DNA of 63,410 nucleotides from an uncultured Pseudomonadota bacterium (GTDB lineage Bacteria; Pseudomonadota; Alphaproteobacteria; Rs-D84): NCBI GenBank assembly GCA_902774305.1, contig CACYHY010000002.1, positions 1 to 63,410 of the forward strand, read 5' to 3'. Shown piece by piece: positions 45,808 to 54,522 of this stretch (position 1 is its first letter; each line of letters starts with the position of its first letter). The notes under the pieces were generated by a model. It saw only the letters and a program-made list of their open reading frames with translations, ran no database searches and was not told where the DNA came from. The position numbers and the translations under genes were made by a program.

Positions 45808-46188
45808 TTAAAATCTTGTATATACAGTGTCTATACATAAGGCACAAATTGGGCAAGAAAAGCGAATCGTTGTCAAAAAATAAAAGTTAAAAAATCAGTT
45901 AAGATTTTGTTGAAAACCATAGATTATGTTTTACATTGTGGTTGTAAAAAATAACAGGGAAACAGGTAATCGTTAAAACATAATAAATTGTTGAAATGTA
46001 AACTAAACATCAAAACAAAATAATGTGTTAAAAACGAAAACCAAAAAGCGAGAGAACAAAGTAGGCTGATGTAAATATTAAATTTTGTTTTGCAAAATAT
46101 GATGAACAAAATTTAATGTTTATGTGCAGGTGTTTTTGAATCTTGCGCGGGCAGGAAACTCTTTTGAAGGAAGGAAAGGAGAAAGGGC

Positions 46189-47457
46189 ATGCAGGCAGCA
46201 ATAATAAAACAAAATTCTGATGTTGCATCAATTAAAGCTATGATTGAACAACAGATGGATTCTGCGGCTTTTACGTCCTGGATTGCGCCATTAGATTTTA
46301 ATGTTTCTGAAAATCTTTTAGTATTGGCTGCGCAAAATCAATTTTCTGCAGATTATATTTCAGGTGTTTACGGTGCAATGTTGCAAAAGGTTGCATCTGA
46401 ATTTGGTTTGAATGTAAAATTGATTGTTCGTGGTACTAAATTATCTGCATCTGTTGCAAATGATAATAATGTGCAGTCTTATGCACCAGTAATGGAAAAG
46501 TCTGCACCTGTGGCATTCGATGCTTTCATACCATCTGATGAAAATGCATTTGTTTTGTCGGCCGCCAAGAAAGTTGCTTCGGGGGCCGTTTCTTTTTCAC
46601 CATTGTTTATTTACGGTTCTGCGGGTTGTGGAAAAACTTTGTTGGCAGAATGTATTAAATCACAATCTGAAAAAGTGATTTTAATGTCTGGTGGACAATT
46701 TGTTTCTGAATTTGCACGTAGTTTACAAAATAGAACGATATTTGCTTTCAAAGATTTTTGTCGTAATTGCGATACATTTATTTTAGATGATGTTCAGGCT
46801 TTGTCTGGTAAACATGCGACAACGGATGAATTTTTACAACTGGTTATGGATTTGCGCGCAATGGGTAAGAATGTTGTTTTAACAGCATGTTGTGCACCAA
46901 ATAATCTGTCCGGATTTGATAGACGTGCACAATCTTTGTTGGCATCAGGTTTGGTTGTTGATATGGCTGCACCAAATGCGAATGTTAAACGTGTTATGTT
47001 GATGCGTGCCGGTGTTAAATCCGATGTCGCTGATGCTTTATCACCACGTATTGCGTGTGACGGTCATATGATTGCTGGTGTTGCAAATAAAATTAAAACA
47101 TATACAGAATTGATGGGTGGAAATGTAACTTTGGAAATTGCAGAACACTTGTTAGCAGATACATTAGAAAAATTCAAAACACCAATTGCTATGGTTAAAT
47201 CAATATCTGAAAAATTAGGTGTTGCGTATGATGCGATTTGTGGTACAAGTCGTGCAAAGTCTCTGGTTTTGGCACGTCAAATCATAATGGTTGTTCTGAA
47301 AAATTCTACACATTTGTCTTTGTCAGAAATTGGAACATATGTTGGTAATCGTGATCATGCCAGCGTATTGTATGCAATCCGTCAAATTGAAAAATTAAAA
47401 CAGACTGATTTGGTATTGAGTGCACAAATCAATCAGTTGATTTCTGAATGTAAATAA
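46189..47457 (+). CDS. dnaA: chromosomal replication initiator protein DnaA
   Basis: 422 aa. Walker A GSAGCGKTLL, box VII, and C-terminal DNA-binding domain ...LSLSEIGTYVGNRDHASVLYAIRQIE. Confidence 0.9.
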   Translation: MQAAIIKQNSDVASIKAMIEQQMDSAAFTSWIAPLDFNVSENLLVLAAQNQFSADYISGVYGAMLQKVASEFGLNVKLIVRGTKLSASVANDNNVQSYAPVMEKSAPVAFDAFIPSDENAFVLSAAKKVASGAVSFSPLFIYGSAGCGKTLLAECIKSQSEKVILMSGGQFVSEFARSLQNRTIFAFKDFCRNCDTFILDDVQALSGKHATTDEFLQLVMDLRAMGKNVVLTACCAPNNLSGFDRRAQSLLASGLVVDMAAPNANVKRVMLMRAGVKSDVADALSPRIACDGHMIAGVANKIKTYTELMGGNVTLEIAEHLLADTLEKFKTPIAMVKSISEKLGVAYDAICGTSRAKSLVLARQIIMVVLKNSTHLSLSEIGTYVGNRDHASVLYAIRQIEKLKQTDLVLSAQINQLISECK

Positions 47458-47480
47458 AATTAGTAAAGTTTGTCAGGATA

Positions 47481-47489
47481 TGATATAAT
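47481..47489 (+). promoter_or_regulatory. extended -10 promoter element
   Basis: TGaTATAAT, upstream of the exported-protein pair. Confidence 0.45.
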
Positions 47490-47538
47490 ACCCATGTTAG
47501 TTGGGGGTATTTTGATTTATAAAAATTTAGTGATATGT

Positions 47539-48492
47539 ATGCGTTTGATATTAGCGGGATTAGTTTGTTCTGCGGTTGATTTTGACGCATATGCTGCTGA
47601 TAGCATTGGTTTGTCTGCTGCATTGCAAGGTGCACGCGAAGCGTGTTCAGGAATTTCCGAATCTATGTCTGGGATGAAAACGATGGCTGGTATAAATACT
47701 GCGGTGACCGGCGTTGGTACGGTAACTGGTGGTGTTGCATTGGGAACCAGTATTGCGAAAGCGAATACAGACGCCAAAATCGCAGAAACAGAACAGTTGC
47801 TGAAAGAATTGGAAGAATCAAATAAAGATGCCAAGGAACCGACCAAAGAAGAAGCTGAACAATTTTTAAAAGAATTTGAATTGTCTTATGAAGAAGCGTT
47901 GATTGATATTAAAAAAGAAAAAGAATCGTTAAGTGAAATGGAAAAGAAATCCAAAACATTAGGAAATATTAGAACTGGGACGATGGCGGCATCTGCGGTT
48001 TTGGATACAGCAGGAACAATTATCGCGTTGAATAATCGTACAGATGCAAGTTTAAAACAACGTGTGGATGGATGCATTGCTGCGGTCAATGTTTTGCACG
48101 ATGAACGTATGCGTGCCCGTGCCGAAAATACAGCAATTGAAAGAGATTTGGTTGCTGCTGAAAAAATTGTAAAAGAGTGTTCCGATTGGGAAAAAGTCGA
48201 TTTATCGTCCATAGATGATCGTGCAACAGGGGCTGCGATTTCCAGTGGTGCTGGGGCAGTAATGGGCATAGCCGGAACGATAACATCTGCATCGGCAAAT
48301 TCTGATTCTGTGCGCAGTAATAACAGCGAAGAAGGCAAAGCAAAAGAAAAGAATTTAAATACCGCATCAACTGTTTTGGCTGGTGGCACAACAGTTGCAT
48401 CCGCGGTTGCAACAGTGTTTAATGCAACACAAATAAGTGCGATAAAAAAAGCGGTTGCTGCGGCAGATAAATGCGAGGGGGCGCTGAGATAA
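47539..48492 (+). CDS. exported protein with glycine-zipper and coiled-coil segments (partner of the Tlde1-like protein)
   Basis: 317 aa from the ATG at 47539 (track start is TTG at 47470). Signal peptide MRLILAGLVCSAVDFDAYA. Gly/Ala/Thr-rich stretches alternate with a Lys/Glu coiled-coil. Stop overlaps the next ATG. Confidence 0.6.
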   Translation: MRLILAGLVCSAVDFDAYAADSIGLSAALQGAREACSGISESMSGMKTMAGINTAVTGVGTVTGGVALGTSIAKANTDAKIAETEQLLKELEESNKDAKEPTKEEAEQFLKEFELSYEEALIDIKKEKESLSEMEKKSKTLGNIRTGTMAASAVLDTAGTIIALNNRTDASLKQRVDGCIAAVNVLHDERMRARAENTAIERDLVAAEKIVKECSDWEKVDLSSIDDRATGAAISSGAGAVMGIAGTITSASANSDSVRSNNSEEGKAKEKNLNTASTVLAGGTTVASAVATVFNATQISAIKKAVAAADKCEGALR

Positions 48493-49898
48493 TGAAAAAA
48501 ATTATTTTTGTCTTGGCGTTGTCTTTTTTTACGGTGCCATGTATGGCAAATATTAAGTTTGATGGAAAAGTTGTTGGGGATATTATACGAAAGTATGTTC
48601 CAACAGAGAATGTATCAGCGGCTATAAAAAAATATAACGAAATAGTTAATGCGACGAATGATGGGACCGGGTTCCCTGCGCAAAAATTGTGGAATATATG
48701 CGATGCTGCAGGATGGAATGTAGAAGAATGGGATGGTAAACAAAAGTGCGAATATTTTGTACAGGCGTTATTGCGGGCCAGTTATTCGCAGTACTATGAT
48801 GTATGTGAGAAAAAAGGCAATTCGAAGGGTACAGAGAGATGTATAGAGGCATTTGAAGATATTCAGGTACAATTGGCTCAGGCGGAAAATTTGGCCCAAG
48901 AATATGCCAAGGTCAAATATAATGATGATATCAAATGTTCCAGCGCTATTCGTATATCTGGTAATGATGATTATATACAATGTACTTCGTATGATAAAAA
49001 GGTTTTTTATGAATTTCGGTTTGATGATGCACGAGAATCTAATTATTTAAAAAATGCATTTATTCGAAGAGAGTTTGGTAAGGGATTATGTATAATATAC
49101 GGTGGAAAGCTGAATAGTTTTGGAAGTGAATCTAAACTAAAGTTAGCGCAACTAGATAAGGTACCAGGGGTAGATATAAAAGATTTATCTTCGGGATGTA
49201 CAATAGCAAGATGTGATACATTGGGTACAAAGGTAAAAAAATGGGGCTATGTAACAAATAAGACAAATGATACATGTGTTGTTTCATATAAGGGTGTTGA
49301 TGATATACCTATGCATAGAAATTATGTTGCAAAATTTGATGGAAAAACGTTTGCTGTTTATTATGGAACCGAAAAAATTAAAAGTTGGCCCGCGGTTTCT
49401 GGACGCGGTAAAACATCACAAGATTCAAGACCTACAGTATGTCAAACACCAAAATATCAATCGTGTAACCATGTCGGACCAACACCAGCAGGAACATACT
49501 ATATTTCCCAAAATGAAATTGAATTTGCTGACAATATAGAGTCAGGTGATTTTGAACACAATAGCCCTAAATATTCAAAGAAGAATGCTCGAGGAAATAG
49601 AGGGGGCTGGGGAGATTTTCGTGTTCTCTTGGTACCAGATAAATCGACGAATACGTATGGTAGGAGTGGCATGTATATTCATGGTGGAAAGTGGAGAGGT
49701 AGTGCGGGGTGTATAGATTTAACAAGTAATGTAAATGATTTTATGAATTGGTTTAGTCAACAGACAGATTTTGTAAAGTTAAAAGTGATTGTTGATTATG
49801 GGCCTGTTTCTGGATTGTGTTGTACTGGAAAATCATGTAGCAGTGAATGTACATGCCCAACCGAGGCAAACGTGGAACAAGAATGTAAATATTTATAG
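48492..49898 (+). CDS. exported Cys-rich protein with C-terminal Tlde1/DUF2778-like (YkuD-fold) L,D-transpeptidase-type domain
   Basis: 468 aa from the ATG at 48492. Signal peptide MKKIIFVLALSFFTVPCMA. C-terminal WPAVSGRG...GPTPAGTYYI...GMYIHGGKWRGSAGCIDL (His...SxGC catalytic signature). Confidence 0.6.
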   Translation: MKKIIFVLALSFFTVPCMANIKFDGKVVGDIIRKYVPTENVSAAIKKYNEIVNATNDGTGFPAQKLWNICDAAGWNVEEWDGKQKCEYFVQALLRASYSQYYDVCEKKGNSKGTERCIEAFEDIQVQLAQAENLAQEYAKVKYNDDIKCSSAIRISGNDDYIQCTSYDKKVFYEFRFDDARESNYLKNAFIRREFGKGLCIIYGGKLNSFGSESKLKLAQLDKVPGVDIKDLSSGCTIARCDTLGTKVKKWGYVTNKTNDTCVVSYKGVDDIPMHRNYVAKFDGKTFAVYYGTEKIKSWPAVSGRGKTSQDSRPTVCQTPKYQSCNHVGPTPAGTYYISQNEIEFADNIESGDFEHNSPKYSKKNARGNRGGWGDFRVLLVPDKSTNTYGRSGMYIHGGKWRGSAGCIDLTSNVNDFMNWFSQQTDFVKLKVIVDYGPVSGLCCTGKSCSSECTCPTEANVEQECKYL

Positions 49899-49906
49899 AT
49901 AAAAAT

Positions 49907-49933
49907 ATCGCCCAATCGGGCGGTGTTTTTTTT
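49907..49933. terminator. bidirectional intrinsic terminator
   Basis: cgccc-aatc-gggcg hairpin followed by a T8-run, between convergent genes. Confidence 0.75.
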
Positions 49934-51908
49934 ATACGAATAAATCTTTTACAAATTGGGCGTGTTCGGTAATAAACTTGAAACGGAACTCTGGTTTTTT
50001 ACCCATCAGTTCTGTCACGATTGTACGTGTTTTTTCAGTATCTTCGGCACCATCATCTGTGCGCGGTGGTAATTCAATACGAATTAAGCGGCGGGTCTTT
50101 GGTGACATAGTTGTTTCTTTTAACTGATTCGGCATCATTTCACCCAGACCTTTGAATCGTGAGATTTCAACTTTCTTGTTCTTATATTTTTCGTTCTTTA
50201 ATTTTTCTAATTCTTCATCAGAATCAACATAGAACGATTCGGTACCACATGTAAATTTATACAATGGTGGACATGATAAATACAAGTGCCCGCCATAAAT
50301 CAGTTGTGGCATATATTGATAGAAAAACGCCATCAGCAGGGATGCAATATGGCTGCCATCGACATCGGCATCGGTCATAACGATAATTTTTTCATAACGC
50401 AATTTATCTTCGTTCCAATCTTTGGCGGTGCCGGCACCGATAATATCAATTAAATCATTTAATTCACGATTCGCACTGAAACGTTCGTCTGAATTTGATA
50501 ACACATTTAACACTTTACCACGCAGTGGCATAATAGCCTGTGTTGCGCGGTCGCGTGCCTGTTTTGCAGTACCGCCAGCCGATTCACCCTCGACAATAAA
50601 TAATTCTGTTCCTTCGACACCATGTTTGGAACAATCAGCCAATTTTGCAGGCATACGAATTCTTTTTGTTGGTGTTTTGCGTGCGATATCTTTTACTTGT
50701 TTTGTTTTGATACGCGCGTTTGCCAAATTGATTATAAAGGATAACAATGCATTTGATGTTTTAGGATCAGATGCCAAAAACATTTCCCATGGATCGCGTA
50801 AAACACTTTCAACATAACGCGCGATTTCAGGATTAGATAATTTTTCCTTGGTTTGACCCAAAAATTGTGGTGTTTTATAAAATACAGAAACAATCGCAGC
50901 AACCGAATCAAAAACATCATCGCTGACGATTGTTGCGGCTGCTTTGTTATTTGTTTTTTCGCCGTATGCTTTTATACCACGTGTGATTGCAGATTTAAAT
51001 CCACTTTCGTGTGTGCCGCCATCGATTGTTGCAATTGTGTTGCAGTATGATGCGAAAAATCCGTCGTCAGATGCAGCGCCATTTTCGTCTGTTAAAAATG
51101 TCAACGCCCATTCAACACGACCAGAATCATCTGGAAAATCGAGTGAGCCAGAAAACATTCTTGGTAAAATACGTGGTTTAGAATCAGTTTTTTCAGCCAA
51201 GAAATCACTAACACCATTCGGATAATAGAAAGTTGTTTGTGCCGGGATGTTCATATCTTCGGTCAGTAATTCAGGATTGCAAATCCAATCGATTTTTATA
51301 CCACGTGACAAGAAAGATTTTGCACGCGCCATACGATAAATCTTAATTGGTTTGAATACTGCGTTTGCGCCGAATATTTCGTCATCCAATGTAAAACGAA
51401 TTTTTGTTCCATGTGCCTTGGTTGCATCACCACGTTGAATTGGTGTTAAAACCTTGCCACGTGAAAAAGCCTGATGCCATTCGTACCCATCGCGGGACAC
51501 CGTTACAATCATTTCAGACGACAAGGCATTTACAACCGCAGATCCCACACCATGCAACCCGCCAGATGTTTTATAAACATTGTTATTAAATTTACCGCCA
51601 GAGTGCAGGGTGGTTAAAATAACCTCTAACGCGGATTTGCCAGGATACTTTGGATGTTCATCAACTGGAATTCCACGACCATCATCGGTAATTTCAATAG
51701 TTTTGGAATTGATTAAATTTACAGTAATTTTTTTTGCAAAACCGGCCACAGCCTCGTCAATACTGTTATCCATAATTTCAACAGGTAAGTGGTGCCAGGC
51801 CTTTTCGTCTGTGCCACCAATATACATACCTGGACGCAGGCGGACGGGCTCTAAACCTTCCAATACCTGGATGTCTGATGCGTCATAAGATGTAGTTTTT
51901 TCTGCCAT
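49932..51908 (-). CDS. parE: DNA topoisomerase IV subunit B (type IIA topoisomerase B subunit)
   Basis: 658 aa from the ATG at 51908. GHKL ATPase (LEPVRLRPGMYIGGT, DNSIDEA), Toprim EGESAGG and PLRGK. Length fits ParE rather than GyrB. Confidence 0.82.
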   Translation of the reverse strand: MAEKTTSYDASDIQVLEGLEPVRLRPGMYIGGTDEKAWHHLPVEIMDNSIDEAVAGFAKKITVNLINSKTIEITDDGRGIPVDEHPKYPGKSALEVILTTLHSGGKFNNNVYKTSGGLHGVGSAVVNALSSEMIVTVSRDGYEWHQAFSRGKVLTPIQRGDATKAHGTKIRFTLDDEIFGANAVFKPIKIYRMARAKSFLSRGIKIDWICNPELLTEDMNIPAQTTFYYPNGVSDFLAEKTDSKPRILPRMFSGSLDFPDDSGRVEWALTFLTDENGAASDDGFFASYCNTIATIDGGTHESGFKSAITRGIKAYGEKTNNKAAATIVSDDVFDSVAAIVSVFYKTPQFLGQTKEKLSNPEIARYVESVLRDPWEMFLASDPKTSNALLSFIINLANARIKTKQVKDIARKTPTKRIRMPAKLADCSKHGVEGTELFIVEGESAGGTAKQARDRATQAIMPLRGKVLNVLSNSDERFSANRELNDLIDIIGAGTAKDWNEDKLRYEKIIVMTDADVDGSHIASLLMAFFYQYMPQLIYGGHLYLSCPPLYKFTCGTESFYVDSDEELEKLKNEKYKNKKVEISRFKGLGEMMPNQLKETTMSPKTRRLIRIELPPRTDDGAEDTEKTRTIVTELMGKKPEFRFKFITEHAQFVKDLFV

Positions 51909-51971
51909 AGTACCTATATTATTAGAACATTTTGTTTTTTTTCGCAAGTCAGATTTTTTATTTCGGTTCCA

Positions 51972-51999
51972 CTTGAATTTTTTGGTAAAAGGATTATAT
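51972..51999 (+). promoter_or_regulatory. sigma32 (RpoH)-type heat-shock promoter candidate for dnaJ
   Basis: CTTG (51972-51975), 17 nt, ATTATAT (51993-51999). Resembles the alphaproteobacterial CTTG-N17-CYTATNT consensus as I recall it. Confidence 0.35.
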
Positions 52000-52032
52000 C
52001 AAAGGACAGATATAAATAAATAGGCCTGTATA

Positions 52033-53160
52033 ATGAATAAAAATCCTTATGAAGTTTTAGGCGTTGCTCGTGACGCATCTGATGCCGACATAAAAAAGGC
52101 ATATCATAAGTTGGTTATGAAATATCATCCAGATAAAAATCCTGGGGATAAATCAGCCGAAGAAAAGTTCAAAGAAGTAAATAATGCTTTCGATATATTG
52201 AAAGACCCACAAAAACGTGCGGCATATGACCGTTTTGGTGATGCGGCGTTCGCTGGGGGAAATTCTGCATCTGCTGGTGCAGGAAATCCTTTTGGGGCAG
52301 GTTTTGGTGGATTTGCAGGTGGCGCGGGAATGGATGATATCTTGCGCGAGGCAATGCGTGGTTTTGGTTTTGACGGCTTTGGTGGATTTGGTGGCCGTGG
52401 CGCAGCGACCCAACAACGTGGACGGGATTTGTTGGATACTGTCACAATTTCATTAAAAGATGCTTATTTTGGAACAACGCATACGGTTAATTTTTCCAGC
52501 AATGTGACATGTGATAAATGTAATGGCAATGGAACTGACGATGGAAAACCTGCACCAGTATGTTCGCGTTGTGGCGGCAGTGGTATGGTACAAACTCGTC
52601 AAGGTTTCTTTGCTGTGGAACATCCATGTCCAGAATGTAATGGGTTGGGACGCAAAATTTCTAAAAAATGTTCCAAATGTGACGGTACAGGTGCAGTGCA
52701 TAAACAACGTTCGTTAGATGTTAAAATTCCAGCGGGTGTCGAAGATGGAGCGCGTTTGCGTTTGGCTGGTCAAGGGGAGGCTGGTCAAAATGGGGCGCCA
52801 TCTGGTGATTTCTATTTAGATATTCGTGTGGAACAAGATGATAAGTTTGAACGCGATGGCAATGATTTGATTTTGAAAGCTGATGTTCCGTTTACAACAC
52901 TTGCGCTGGGTGGTGAAATTGAAATCAAAACAATAGATGATAAAGAATTAACTGTTAAGATTGCATCCGGAACACAAATAGGTTCACGTTTGCGTGTAAA
53001 AGGTCATGGTATGCCAAATCCACGCAGGTCTGGCAGTTTTGGCGATTTGTACATAGAGGTTGCAATGACGGTGCCAACAAAATTAACCGAAAAGCAAAAG
53101 AAAGCATTGGAAGAATTTGCTGGTAAATCAAAGCCGAGTAAAAAGTCTAGTTGGTTTTAA
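52033..53160 (+). CDS. dnaJ: molecular chaperone DnaJ
   Basis: 375 aa. J-domain with HPD, Gly/Phe-rich linker, four CxxCxGxG zinc-finger repeats. Confidence 0.93.
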   Translation: MNKNPYEVLGVARDASDADIKKAYHKLVMKYHPDKNPGDKSAEEKFKEVNNAFDILKDPQKRAAYDRFGDAAFAGGNSASAGAGNPFGAGFGGFAGGAGMDDILREAMRGFGFDGFGGFGGRGAATQQRGRDLLDTVTISLKDAYFGTTHTVNFSSNVTCDKCNGNGTDDGKPAPVCSRCGGSGMVQTRQGFFAVEHPCPECNGLGRKISKKCSKCDGTGAVHKQRSLDVKIPAGVEDGARLRLAGQGEAGQNGAPSGDFYLDIRVEQDDKFERDGNDLILKADVPFTTLALGGEIEIKTIDDKELTVKIASGTQIGSRLRVKGHGMPNPRRSGSFGDLYIEVAMTVPTKLTEKQKKALEEFAGKSKPSKKSSWF

Positions 53161-53208
53161 TTTTACCCACAAAATTTTACAATTTTGCGAGGGCCGATTT
53201 ATACCCAT

Positions 53209-53240
53209 AAAAAAATCTCCCGTTTGGGAGATTTTTTATT
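53209..53240. terminator. bidirectional intrinsic terminator
   Basis: atctccc-gttt-gggagat hairpin with flanking A- and T-runs, between convergent genes. Confidence 0.75.
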
Positions 53241-53301
53241 TTGTGTTTTCTAATTCTTGTTTTATGCGTTCCAGTATGGCGGATACTTTCGGATCATTCA
53301 G

Positions 53302-53769
53302 TTACAATATTTTACCACCTTTGCGGAATTGGATTGTTGCGTTGTTGTATCTGACCATACGAATTGGTTGTTCTGGCGTTTTTGTTGGAACAATATCTGG
53401 CGCATTTTTTATCAAAGTTGCAGCGTCATCAGTTGGTTCTGATTTTTTAATTGCAGGTTTATAATATGCCGATGGATCTATGGTGGATTGAACGGCTAAT
53501 TGTTCAGGAAGCGTAACACCGGTGTGTCTAGCATAGAACAGAATAAGATCACGAATAGTGCGCATTGCCAACTGTTCATCTTCTATACTTGTTGTATATG
53601 GAATATGATATTTATTATTGCGATCTGAAAGATACATTGCCCAATCAAGTGAATCACCAAGCTCGGACAATTTTGAATCATACGAGATATCGGTTTTGAC
53701 TACATCCATTTGGTTCACGATTGCATCAAACAGTTCATTTTTTAATTGTTCAAATGTAATTTGTATCAT
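53302..53769 (-). CDS. carrier-protein (ACP/PCP)-like domain protein with Pro-rich C-terminal extension
   Basis: 155 aa. N-terminal four-helix-like region of about 85 aa with LSELGDSLDWAM (resembles the DSL phosphopantetheine site). The tail of about 70 aa is unassigned. Confidence 0.5.
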   Translation of the reverse strand: MIQITFEQLKNELFDAIVNQMDVVKTDISYDSKLSELGDSLDWAMYLSDRNNKYHIPYTTSIEDEQLAMRTIRDLILFYARHTGVTLPEQLAVQSTIDPSAYYKPAIKKSEPTDDAATLIKNAPDIVPTKTPEQPIRMVRYNNATIQFRKGGKIL

Positions 53770-53845
53770 TTTTATTCCTGTGATTATTGTTTCTATAATG
53801 GTAATACAAAAGAAAATATTGTCAAGTTGTTTTTAGTAAACAAAA

Positions 53846-53868
53846 AACCACCAATGTGCATTGGTGGT
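53846..53868 (-). terminator. intrinsic terminator after pgsA
   Basis: ccaccaatg / cattggtgg hairpin followed on the minus strand by a T6-run. Confidence 0.65.
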
Positions 53869-53888
53869 TCGTATTGCGTTATTTATTT

Positions 53889-54488
53889 TTATTTTATCTT
53901 TTTCAATTTTTCAGCAAATGTAAATGTGTATTGTGTCGCAGACCACAGTGATGCAACCAATGCAGACCACATACAAACAAGTCCAGCCCATGATAACATA
54001 TTCATTGTTACTAAAAGTTTTGTTGAAATTGTATCTGGGGTGACAGTCTTGCTGATGGTAAACAACATCAAGAATATTACGATTGTTACCATTTGCAATG
54101 TTGTTTTAATTTTGCCCATAGAAAAGCGTGCCTTAGGAACAGGCATTTCTATTTTTTGTGTGCCTAAAAATTCACGTAAACCACTGATATACAATTCACG
54201 TGCAATCATGATAATAATAGGAACAATAATTTCCCATAAATGTATCATCACAGCCAACATAATAAATGTATTAACAACTAATAATTTGTCACCGATATGA
54301 TCCAAAACGCCACCTAATTTTGTGCATACATTGTATTTGCGTGCCAGATATCCATCAAGCCAGTCACTGATAGCACCAGCAGCAAATAAAATCAAAGATG
54401 CCCAATACCATTGAAACATCAATGTAGGAACAATCGCAAATGCAGCGCAAATGCGGAATACAGATAATGCGTTCACAAAAACTTTCAT
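53889..54488 (-). CDS. pgsA: CDP-diacylglycerol--glycerol-3-phosphate 3-phosphatidyltransferase
   Basis: 199 aa. CDP-alcohol phosphatidyltransferase motif DWLDGYLARK...G..LDHIGDKL. Confidence 0.88.
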   Translation of the reverse strand: MKVFVNALSVFRICAAFAIVPTLMFQWYWASLILFAAGAISDWLDGYLARKYNVCTKLGGVLDHIGDKLLVVNTFIMLAVMIHLWEIIVPIIIMIARELYISGLREFLGTQKIEMPVPKARFSMGKIKTTLQMVTIVIFLMLFTISKTVTPDTISTKLLVTMNMLSWAGLVCMWSALVASLWSATQYTFTFAEKLKKIK

Positions 54489-54522
54489 TTTTATCTCCTT
54501 TTTTTATCTTAAGATGGAAACA

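Noticed and set aside
45808-46188. oriC or DnaA-box cluster in the 380-bp AT-rich region upstream of dnaA
   Set aside because: The best matches to TTATCCACA (tgtggttgt, ttatgtgca) have 3 mismatches. TTAA-N7-TTAA CtrA-type sites are off by one or are half-sites. In Alphaproteobacteria oriC is often not next to dnaA. The two minus-strand ORFs here (45924-46109, 46028-46231) are Phe/Leu-rich AT-artefacts.
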